DNA of 64,000 bases, taken from the NCBI GenBank assembly GCA_964016885.1, contig OZ024744.1, positions 16,740,001-16,804,000 on the forward strand. Direction: 5' to 3'. The notes under the pieces were generated by a model. The model ran no database searches. It was given only the letters and a program-made list of their open reading frames with translations, and had not been told where the DNA came from. This document shows positions 55,030-64,000 of the stretch, piece by piece. The stretch's first letter is position 1. Each line of letters begins with the position of its first letter. Made by a program: the position numbers and the translations under genes. The stretch is from Eledone cirrhosa (lineage: Eukaryota).

Positions 55030-56075
55030 TTGCGCTTTCTTGACCCGCAAGTGCAAGAAGAAAAAAAGACATTTCAAGCCAGCTTTGTAGGCCCCTTGTT
55101 TTCTCGGAACAAGTGGATTCTCCTACCACCTGGCACCACACTGATCCACCTCTACTAGCACCGTTTAACAACGGAAAAACAAACTGTCAAGTTAAGTAAT
55201 CTCCAGTCAATATTAACGTCTTCAGTTTGGTCAGGGACTTCTCTAAATTTGGATGCAATAATATCCGTATACCTAGTCCTGATCCCCTCATCAGCCAGCA
55301 CTTCCTACTTTATCTTGTAGGTCAAGCTGGACCTGCCAGTCTTGTGGGTTTCTTTGAATTTAGGTAGTCTCAAGGAGCAGCTAATTAAATGGTGATCAGT
55401 TGACAGCTCGGCCCCTCTCTTAACACAAGCATCCAGCACAGAATCGAAGAGATCAGAAACAATAACCTAATCAATTATTGATCTCCGCCCCTGATTCCCC
55501 TTATACCATGTATATTTATGGATGTATTTGTATGGATCAAAATCGAAGGCCCATTGCTAGAACAGGAATCTAGTAACGCCTCTCCACTCATATTTAGATC
55601 GGGATCGCCATTCCTTCCATCCACTCCTTTCTTTATCAGGTTGTCAGTGACAACATGTGCATTGAAGTCTCCCATCAGATATACAACTCCGTCTTAACTA
55701 TATCTAATGTTGCAGTGACTTCATCGCGGAAGGACCTGTATTCGGACTCCTTGTTTGGTGCATAAACTTGTACCACCTACAGAGACCTATCTTTCAGCCT
55801 AAGCTTCAAGACGAAAATGTTCCCTCCTAATGGGATCCAGTCCATAACACATTGTGACAGCTGGGGGCTTGTGAGTCTACTCACTCCCGCCTGTGTAGTC
55901 TTTTCTGGCGCCACACCTGAATAGTTTCCATCTTCCGTCCAAATATACAGTACTAGAACCATGGAACCTTGTTGAGGAAACCCCGGCTATCTCTAACTGG
56001 TAGCATCTAGCCTCCTTCGCTATTTCCTATTCCTTACTTGTAAGGGTTGTCATGTTCCAGGTTCCACTTGTCTAG
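55030..56075 (-). mobile_element. Decayed RTE-clade LINE, 5' part encoding an apurinic-type endonuclease (stops and frameshifts)
   Basis: Minus-strand translation gives ordered APE motifs: GTWNMTTL..EIAGVSST, YSGV..AGV, VVQVYAPN, MGDFNAHV, SIID*VIVS, AELSTDHHL. Confidence 0.88.
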
Positions 56076-56704
56076 GTTTGCTCCCTTCAAAACCTTCGCT
56101 GTTGTGTCGGGATACGTAGGTTTTGTGCTTCCATTCGACTCCTCCCAGAACAGGTCACAGGCCCATCATTGGTTCTTGTAGCTTTGAATGGAGACTGCAA
56201 TCTATTTTTAGAACAAGTTCCTCTAGTTAAGGCCTGAACGTGTTCCACGTGAAAAACAATGCGATGTGATTGTTTTTATTGTAACTGACTATTCTGCAGT
56301 TTTTGGTAGTCTTATTCGTACCACTCACCAATTTCGTAATTTTCTCAAACCCACAAAGACTAGACGTTTTTAGATGCGGCCTTTATTCGCCTCGTCGTAA
56401 CTATATCTTTGGGTTGTGATTGTTTTCTTGTAATTTTTTTAAAATTTAAACACCCACAGCGTTTCGATAATTCATAAGATTATCTTTGAATTAATTAATT
56501 TATTTACATTTTAACTCTGGCAACGCTTCTGAACCACGAGTTAGGTTATTTTCGCAACTTGATCGAAATAAACTGACACTATGAAACTTCCATACAGCTT
56601 GACCGAGTTATGGACATTGTTGGTTTCATTCTCCGTTTGTTCGTTTGTTTCGCTCTGTTTTGTCTTAGTAGTCCACAGCGTCTATATATTCCTTATCTTT
56701 ATAT

Positions 56705-57080
56705 GAATGTGATCTACGACTTGCACTTGATAGATTTGATGCCGAGTGCTGCATGGCTGGAATGAAAATCAGTGTTGAGAAAACTGAGACACTCGTCCTC
56801 TCAAGGAAGCATGTGTAGTGCACGCTACATGTAAATGGAGTTCCACTGAAGCAGGTGGAGATGTTCAAGTATCTCGGGGCCGTCTTCACGAGTGATAGAA
56901 GGCAGGAGACTGAATTAAGTACCAGAATTGAAAAAGCTGGCGCAGTAATAGGCCAACATCAGCATTCAGTAATCTGACTGTCTTCAATTTGGTTTTCGTG
57001 CCAGCCCTTTCCTATGGTCATAAATCTTGGGTAATTACTAAAAGAATACGATCGCGAAAACAAGCGGCCGAAATGGGATT
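56705..57080 (+). mobile_element. Decayed RTE-clade LINE fragment, C-terminal part of the reverse transcriptase
   Basis: Plus frame ECDLRLALDRFDAECCMAGMKISVEKTETLVLSRKHV*CTLHVNGVPLKQVEMFKYLGAVFTSD..RIEKAGAV, ending near QAAEM. The GMKIS-KT and FKYLG motifs are typical of non-LTR RT. Confidence 0.88.
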
Positions 57081-57081
57081 G

Positions 57082-57136
57082 CTCCTCCTCCTCTCCCCCC
57101 ATCCTCCCGCCAATCCTCCACCTCCTCCTCCACCCC
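57082..57136 (+). repeat. C-rich degenerate (CCT)n tract
   Basis: ctcctcctcctctcccccc...cctccacctcctcctccacccc. Confidence 0.75.
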
Positions 57137-57535
57137 AGAAGAAAAAGAGAAGTGACATCTAAACATGTTTTCTGTCTAATTATCACATGTGCTACATGTA
57201 TCATGTATAATTCTGCCAGGAGTTGCAGCCCGTAGATGGTATCAGCAATGGAAAGGCCAATGAAACATTGTTTCGTTGGTCGTATTTGACGAGTTCCACC
57301 CCATCTAGTATGAGAATGAGGTCGGGGAACTTGTCAATCGCTGATGTATAATATAGATATCATTTCTACTTACGACAGTTTATGTCTATGTATGTGCTGT
57401 TTTGATGTCCATTATACGGTTAGTTATGTCTATGTTGTTAGCCTTGTTTAATTCTTGGTCATTTCGGCCGCTCATTGGATTCCAGAGGTGATTAAGCAAA
57501 CCCCAAATTGATCATGTTATTTTACTTTACTTTAC

Positions 57536-57750
57536 AGGGCGGTGGGTTGGCAGTATCGGTAGAGGGTCAGACGCCATGCTTTGACGCAAACAGTTACGAC
57601 CCTTTATGATCTGAGCTCAAATCCCGCCGAATGCCTTTCATCCTTATGGGGTCGATAAAATAAAGTACCAGTCACGCACTGGGGTCGATTTAATCGACTT
57701 TCACCTCCCCCCAAATTACTGGCCTTGTGCCTATATGTGAAACCGTTATT
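57536..57750 (+). mobile_element. tRNA-derived SINE, near full length, with an 18-bp target-site-duplication-like flank
   Basis: A-box-like TGGCAGTATCGG (57548-57559), B-box-like GAGCTCAAATCC (57613-57624), and core GCCTTTCATCCTTATGGGGTCGATAAAATAAAGTACCAG shared with four other copies in the window. GTTATTTTACTTTACTTT occurs at 57516-57533 and 57745-57762. Confidence 0.88.
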
Positions 57751-57780
57751 TTACTTTACTTTGCCTCTTGGTTATAACAT

Positions 57781-58430
57781 TTCTTTTTCTTCTTCTTGCT
57801 CGACGAGGCCGGGGTCACCCTAAGCCAGTGATCCCAGAAGCATCATCGTGCGTAGAGCCGACCAAATCTACCAGCACCCTCCGTCGCTGGCGGTCTCCTG
57901 CCAGCTCCTCTGTAACCTCCAAAGTGATGTCGAGCCTCTGAAGATCTTCCCTGATGATATTCAGCCATCTGGTGTGAGGCCTACCGCGGACCCCTTCCAG
58001 CTTACAGCCGCTGTATCGAACGAGAGTAAGGCCCTGGTAGGATGATCTGATGGAAGGTGGAGGACATGTCCGTACCAGCGCATGCAGCGGATAGCTTTCA
58101 GACGGCAATTGTGGACTGATGCGAGTGCGCACGCAACAATTTGTTGATGTTTTTTATGGTCTTCTACTATCGTAGCTGTCGATCATTTTTGTTATGAGCT
58201 TCATTTCTGGGAGATTGAGCACTGGCGCCAAATTGGCTTCGATAATGAGTGCATGACACCCCGGCAGTCAGATACATATGCGGTTGATCTTCGGGGTCAG
58301 GTCGCCATTGTTGATGACATTCGAGCCCAGGTAAATGAAGGAGCTGACACGGCGTTTGAAGCCAAAATTCACCAGATTTGTCTTCACCCAGCTTACCTGA
58401 ATGTCAAGCTTTCCTCATTCATCCCGGTAT
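57781..58430 (-). mobile_element. Decayed RTE-clade LINE 3' portion with (GAA)n tail, interrupted at about 58136-58250
   Basis: Minus strand: VSWVKT..VSSFIYLGSNVINNGDL (58250-58430), then RWYGHVL and RGRPHTRWLNIIREDL..LAGDRQRRR (57815-58132), followed by an AAGAAGAAG tail at 57781-57797. Confidence 0.82.
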
Positions 58431-58977
58431 GGTCGCTTCAATTTATTGTTTTATATATTTTGGGTAATTAATTAATATTAATATTTTTGAAATGATAATG
58501 TTAGATTTAAAGGAAGGAATGTCAGACATGGGCGATGATATGTTTATTGCTCACCATACTTCTTTTATTAACATTTGCAGGCTCATTTATCAGCTCTCTT
58601 CTTGTCGGAATGGAAGTAAATAGCTGAATGTTCCTCATCATCGAAGTCACACTTACGGACAACAACATTCCCACCAACCCTAGCGTTTCATGTGCCAATT
58701 CCTCTGAGACTTCGAAGCTGTCCAAGAAGGCAACAATTTGAATAACAGCAGCAATATCAAGTAAACGACAACATTAATAACAACAATGTATGCCTGGCAT
58801 GTATGGTCGTGTAACACACGAGGGAGTCGTAGGGGCACCGTATTGACATACAACGTTTCCAGGGTATTTTAAAACCTAGTGGAGCCCATTGCCTCTCCAG
58901 GTCTGAATACAACAGATTTCTTCTGGAGAAAGATAGAGAATGAAAGAATGGAAGTGAGAAAGAGATATAGAGGAAGA

Positions 58978-59134
58978 ATCGGCCCCAGTACTAGACTGGT
59001 ACTTTTTTATCGACCTTGAATGAATGAAAGGCAAATTTGACCTCGGCAACATTTGAACTTACAGAGCTGAGAGCCAAAACGAATACCACAGAACATTCTA
59101 TCCGACTTTCTAACGACTCTACCAATTCGCCGTC
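58978..59134 (-). mobile_element. Diverged SINE copy (same family)
   Basis: CTGGTACTTTTTTATCGACC..ATGAAAGGCAAATTTGACCTCGGCAACATTTGAACT is the reverse complement of the SINE core and B-box. Confidence 0.82.
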
Positions 59135-59640
59135 AAATAACAACAAACACCCAAGCTTAAAAAGAAAGACGTAAGAAATACAGTTTACCAGAGACAGAAA
59201 TGGAATGACCTCGTGAACGGACTGTTCAGTAAATGGTGTATGAAAAGATGTGGGGCTGACAACCCTACACCCGAGCAGTTCAGCAAGTGCATAAAGAATG
59301 TGTGCAGTTCCATATGGTACATCAAAAATGTAAGGAAATATGGAACAGAGGTGGTCTTAAGTCTGTTATGAACAGAAGGCCACCAAAGATGTTCTTGAGA
59401 GGTATATTTACTACTACGTGGGAGAAGGAGTAACCAAAGGGAATGTCAACAATATATATACATAAATATTTCTATATCTTGAGATAGTTGGAGGTAGGTT
59501 GTAACTGGAGAGCAAGGACTGTTTATAGCTCACAATAGAGTGCAGGATCAGTTTATTCATGATAACATCCCAAACATCCCTTACCGCATTCACTCGATAA
59601 AATAATGTCAGAGAAGGCCGCTAGTGTACACGTGGCAGCA

Positions 59641-59670
59641 CCATCCACCCGTTCATCCATCCATCCATCC
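59641..59670 (+). repeat. Short imperfect (CCAT)n microsatellite
   Basis: ccatccacccgttcatccatccatccatcc. Confidence 0.7.
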
Positions 59671-59855
59671 AGCAGAAGGGGTTAAGAACAAATCAATCAA
59701 GTTGAAAAACGAATGTAAAAGTGTGAAGAGACAAAAATTCTGTTTTTCTAAAGCTATGGAAGCCTTTGCCGTTCTCAACTGAGGGGGGGGGGGATAAATT
59801 TAATAAACTTTAAATGGACTCAATAGCATAAATAACATAGGTAAGAGATACACAT

Positions 59856-59859
<4 letters not shown>

Positions 59860-59908
<49 letters not shown>

Positions 59909-59931
59909 ATATATATATATATATATATATA
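59860..59931. repeat. (TA)n microsatellite
   Basis: Read directly; two TG interruptions. Confidence 0.97.
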
Positions 59932-60207
59932 CATCTTAATACATGTACGAAACTATGCAGTAATCACAAGCGGGCTCAATAAGAAATTCAAAATAAATTA
60001 AATTAACTAGAGCAGGAATGACTACTCCAATGTGAAAAGTGCAACGGAAATTAAAGAATCTCCAGCATAGCATATAAAGTAGATGTATGTATATTACCTA
60101 AGACACACGTTTATAGACATTGGAATTCTTGGCATGTCGACTTCATACAATGTCCGTAAGTTTTCTGATCGAAAAATTACACTGTGTTGGCTTTTAACTA
60201 ACTATTA

Positions 60208-60370
60208 AGAATGATTTTTCATCTTAGCACATGACCTGTAATTTGTAGGGTGGGTGAGAGGGAGGGAGAGGATTTGTCGACTGTACCGACATTACTATTT
60301 GACTGGTACTTAATTTTATTGACCCCCGCAAGGATGAAAGGCGAGATTGAACTCGGTGGGATTTGAACTT
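60208..60370 (-). mobile_element. 5'-truncated SINE copy
   Basis: CTGGTACTTAATTTTATTGACCCCCGCAAGGATGAAAGGC..GGGATTTGAACT; ends at the B-box. Confidence 0.78.
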
Positions 60371-60380
60371 GCTAATGGTT

Positions 60381-60570
60381 AATAATTGTTTCTACTTTTG
60401 GCACAAGGCCATCAATTATCCAGTACATTACTGGTATTTTATTTTATCGACCCCGTAAGGATGAAAGGCAAAGTTAACCTCGGCGGGATTTGAACTCAGA
60501 CCATAAAGGGACGTAACTATGCTGCAAAGCATGGCGTCCGACCCTCTACCGATACTGCCAATCCACCGCT
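60381..60570 (-). mobile_element. SINE copy with intact 5' head and an internal deletion, flanked by a 16-bp direct repeat
   Basis: Minus-strand head GCGGTGGATTGGCAGTATCGGTAGAGGGTCGGACGCC and B-box GAGTTCAAATCC. GCTAATGGTTAATAAT occurs at 60371-60386 and 60568-60583. Confidence 0.88.
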
Positions 60571-60577
60571 AATGGTT

Positions 60578-60719
60578 AATAATGATTTCAGATATAGGCA
60601 CAAGGCCAACAATTTTGAAGGAGGGGAATGTCGATTAAATCGATCCCAGTGCGTTACTGGTACTTTATTTTATCGAAGTCGTAAGGATGGAAGGCAGAAC
60701 CTTGATGGGATTTGAACTG
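60578..60719 (-). mobile_element. 5'-truncated SINE copy
   Basis: TATAGGCACAAGGCC..GTCGATTAAATCGATCCCAGTGCG..CTGGTACTTTATTTTATCGA..GGGATTTGAACT matches the 3' two-thirds of the 57536 copy in reverse. Confidence 0.82.
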
Positions 60720-60906
60720 TTAATAATAACATATCATGAATTTAGCTGTAATATTTTATAAACCATAATATTTGATTGCGGTCAGTAGTGGGAATACTAT
60801 ATAATTGTCGACCACTTCATGAAGCTGTGATGATGAGTTCAAATCTTAGGGTGAGTGTTATAGGTTTATCTTATCAAATGATGGCTTCAGTTAGGATGAT
60901 GACCTG

Positions 60907-61049
<143 letters not shown>

Positions 61050-61189
61050 ATGGCTGCAACTCGATTTCAAGTAATGCCATCGTTTGATACTTAAGCAACA
61101 GCATCATAGACCTGGGTTTTTAGTCCTGCTAGGGACTTGCCTATACCCAGCAAAACCATGAATCGCAACAAATTTCACATTCAAGCGGT

Positions 61190-61430
61190 GCCTGTACTTG
61201 AAGCTTTTTTAAGTGAGGAAACCGTTGCACGGGGCCGATCCCACTCTTAAAACATCGAATGCATTTTCCCAAAAAGAGGACCTGGTTTACATCATTGGAT
61301 GCAAATGAAGCCGCAGGTTTTATATCAGAATGACCTTCTCCTAGAGAGATGTTTTAATGATGACTAGGAGTCTCTCACTCCACAGGAAAAAGAAAACCTT
61401 ATTGGATGGCCGTTGACTCTCCTGAGTTCC
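61190..61430. repeat. Diverged dispersed repeat, copy 1 (family unidentified)
   Basis: Colinear blocks shared with 62810-63035: GCCTGTRCTT(T)GAAG, TTGCAC, ATCCCACTCT, CATCGAA, AGATGTT, AAAAAGAAAA, TTGGATGGCCGTTGAC. Confidence 0.75.
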
Positions 61431-61699
61431 TCCGCTCTTTGACAGGTTTAGTTTTTCATCCAGTAGGGTGACCAAAATCACCCTCCTCACTAAGCACGCT
61501 TGTTGGAGTTGCCGGTTTAGTCGCCTACGGCCCGACCATGCACATATACTGAATTACATGTTGCCAGTAGCTCTGAAGAGCGACCTGACACTACATTGCT
61601 ATACTACTATACGTACAACTATGACTTTACTATCTGATAGATGTTATGGTCCTTTACTGACATATACACACTCATGAAGAGGTAGAGAGGTAGATGGTT

Positions 61700-62740
61700 A
61701 TACATACATGAGGATTTTAGCGTCTTCACAGACAATTGCCGTCCCTTATTGATTCTTCATTGTCATCCCATCCACGTCCATGACTTTGTAGATGACTTTG
61801 TTGGCCAGCTATAGATCTACATGGTTTACGACACAGGTGACAGAAGAGAGTTGTGCTTTCCACAGGACTGTGGTACACAATCTTTATGTTTCCTCACCTT
61901 CCTTTTCAGTGTTAGGTGTTCTCTTCGACGATTTTGAAAGTGTTCATTTCTTGACTTTATCAAACGTCTCCACTTCACACTATCCTCAGCCTTTTTCTCC
62001 CATTCGTCAGATGAAATTCCAGCGCAAGCCAAGGGGCCCCTGACACAGTCCCGGTACCGCAGTTTTTGTTTGTGTGGTGGTCGCCTTCCTTCGCACAGTT
62101 CACCGTAAAGAAGTTGCTTTGGAATACGATCATCAGAGATCCGGACCATGTGTCTGCACTTCCCCAACCTATACCGAAAGACCATGCGCTCTATACGCAT
62201 ACACCTGCTCCGTTTGAGAACTTCCAAATCACTGGCGAACATTTCATATCGCACCCCAAGTAACTTACAAAGAGATTGTTGGTGAAATCTCTCCAGTTCC
62301 TTGAGGTGCTTTCTGTATGTGACCCATGTTTCACAAACATAAAGCAAAGAGGAGACGACACAAGTCAGATACACTTTCACCTTGGTTTCAGTAGTGATAC
62401 CTCGTCTGGACCATAAACGTTCGTGCAGCCGTCCAAAAGCATCACTGGCTTTCTTGATTCTTAAGGATATTTCATCATCAAGGGTGCATGAATTGTTCAA
62501 CGTACTACCATGTTAAACAAATTTGTCGGCAACCTTTAGTCTCTTTCTGTACACGTACACACTTGGTATCGTGTATTCTTTTCCGGGTACTGGCTGATAC
62601 ATCACAACAGTGTTATCCAAGCTTATAGTGAGGCCCAAAGCGCTGCAACCTTCAGAAGAAGAGTTCATAATATGTTGCATGTCAATTTGTGAGTGTGAAA
62701 AACATGATGGCTGCAAAACTATTGCTATCGCTTGTCATAT
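61700..62740 (-). mobile_element. 5'-truncated RTE-clade LINE: RT C-terminus through the 3' end, with a stop and a frameshift
   Basis: ORFs 62513-62716 and 61826-62500 read through one stop: HSQIDMQ..GLTISLDNT..DDEISLRIKKASDAFGRL..TKVKVY..LLYVCETW..RIPKQLLYGEL..GRRPPHKQKLRYRD. A C2H2-like motif follows after the frameshift, then a short (ATGT)n tail near 61700. Confidence 0.92.
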
Positions 62741-62809
62741 TACAGAGTTTGGAGCACTTTTAGGCTACGGCCAGCCACACAAACCTATAACATATCCTGA
62801 ACAAGCAAT

Positions 62810-63035
62810 GCCTGTGCTTTGAAGGTTTTTAAGTGGAGAAAGGCCTTGCACTCGACCAATCCCACTCTCTGAGCATCGAAAACACTACCCTAAAAGGCGA
62901 ACTTGTCAACTTCATCGGATGCTTCCGAAGGCGCAAGCTTTTTTTTTTTCAGAGTTTCCCTCTCTTAGAAAGATGTTGTGATAACCAGGTGAAAAAAGAA
63001 AATACTATTTGGATGGCCGTTGACACCTGCCGGGT
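62810..63035. repeat. Diverged dispersed repeat, copy 2 (same orientation as 61190-61430)
   Basis: See copy 1; 16-bp exact match TTGGATGGCCGTTGAC. Confidence 0.75.
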
Positions 63036-63271
63036 CTTGTATTTCATATGTACTAGTTTCAAGCTTATTAGCTATCGTCAGCATCGTATACCTTCCTGTC
63101 AGATGATTGAACGTTTGAAACTATATACTTTCCTTATGCATATTAACGGTTGAGCAGCCTAATTTTCATATCGAGTGAGTTAGTCGGCCGAGCGCACCGA
63201 AAACGATCAATGGAAAAAATGAAATGAAATTACATTTCTCACTCTTAGTACGGCTGATACTTAAATGTAAG

Positions 63272-63358
63272 TATGTATACGTACATACATATATGTATAC
63301 AGACGTACAATAGTATGTATATATATACATACATGCACATATATATATATATACGTAT
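63272..63358. repeat. Degenerate TA/TATG/TACA microsatellite
   Basis: tatgtatacgtacatacatatatgtatac...atatatatatacgtat. Confidence 0.8.
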
Positions 63359-63709
63359 GGGTTTACCGAACATTTATTATAATGTTCGGTTTGTTTGTAA
63401 ACAAACAGCCCGAATTAAGTCGTACAGTGTTCCTGTGTCAGTGTTGAACAAAAGGGCGACGATGGTTGCCGAACACTGAATGGAATAGCAACATCACAAC
63501 TTAGAATTAAGGACAAAATGAAAACACACACACACATAGAACAAACAAGCAACCAGTAACATTTAAATAAACAAATAAATAAACAAATATAAACACACAG
63601 AGACACGCGGATGTAACAGATGCGCAAACTAAGCACACAACACACATAAAAACAAGATGGCGTAGGACAGAACAAAGGAGAGGCACAAAAACAAAGAAAA
63701 GAATCACCA

Positions 63710-63752
63710 GTCACTGAAGAGGTCACAGAATGTGTGACGAAAGAACTTTGAC
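63710..63752 (+). ncRNA. Minimal type I hammerhead ribozyme motif
   Basis: Stem I GTCA (63710-13)/TGAC (63749-52); core CTGAAGA (63714-20); extra G; stem II GTCACA/TGTGAC with loop GAATG; GAAA (63739-42); minimal stem III A-G-aa-C-T; CUU triplet with predicted cleavage after 63748. Confidence 0.68.
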
Positions 63753-64000
63753 AATATATAAACAATCATCTGGTTGTGGAACCAACCAACCGGAAATTTA
63801 TAAATTCCTAAATTTATAAATTTAATTTATTATAATAAATTGAAGTGAAAGAACTGGTGCGTGTGTTTCTTATTGGCAACATGACCCTCCCAAAGTATAA
63901 CGGTTTCAATACACCTTTTCAGATAAAGAATCTTGCTAAACAAATTCAGAAACGAAATATATATATATATGAACAAACAACAGAGAGGCAGTACAAATGA

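Noticed and set aside
56452-56492. Minus-strand CAAAGATAAT..ATTATCGAAACGC, hammerhead-like
   Set aside because: A hairpin and GAAAC are present, but the CUGANGA box and stem I are missing.
56665-58471. ORFs 56665-56889, 56959-57204, 57848-58045 and 58253-58471
   Set aside because: They are antisense frames of LINE relics or low-complexity sequence.
58522-58725. 67-aa minus ORF and a possible 61-bp exon (58657-58717) between CAG and GTAAGT
   Set aside because: There is no recognisable domain or partner exon, and such splice-like signals arise by chance.
61468-63153. Plus-strand ORFs at 61468, 61792, 62066, 62610 and 62833
   Set aside because: They are antisense to the RTE element or lie in or beside decayed repeats, with no protein motifs.
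63273-63765. Hydrophobic Cys/Phe/Val-rich and Tyr/Ile-rich ORFs
   Set aside because: They are compositional artefacts of AC-rich and TA-rich low-complexity DNA.

Overview
Eukaryotic, repeat-dominated DNA with no confidently identifiable intact host gene. It is probably cephalopod (Octopus-like), inferred from my recollection of the SINE family and not verified. Bases 1-54,326 are one uninterrupted head-to-tail satellite of about 1,025 copies of a 53-bp monomer (ATGTGTCCTGTGTTTACTGTAGTACTGTGTAAAGTGTACTGTTCACCTGAAGA). Diagnostic variants reveal nested higher-order structure: 106-bp dimers, 318- and 371-bp local duplications, 40-52-mer blocks, a 3,126-bp and an apparently perfect 6,316-bp tandem duplication, and a roughly 10-kb super-period. 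The array ends abruptly at 54,326. The last 9.7 kb holds decayed RTE-clade LINE fragments, five tRNA-type SINE copies (two with TSD-like repeats), microsatellites and a Cys-rich stop-free frame. It also holds a minimal type I hammerhead ribozyme motif at 63,710-63,752. The consensus satellite monomer carries the hammerhead CUGANGA box, and the last monomer runs into CGAAACTAG, which suggests (speculatively) that the satellite arose from a hammerhead-bearing element.
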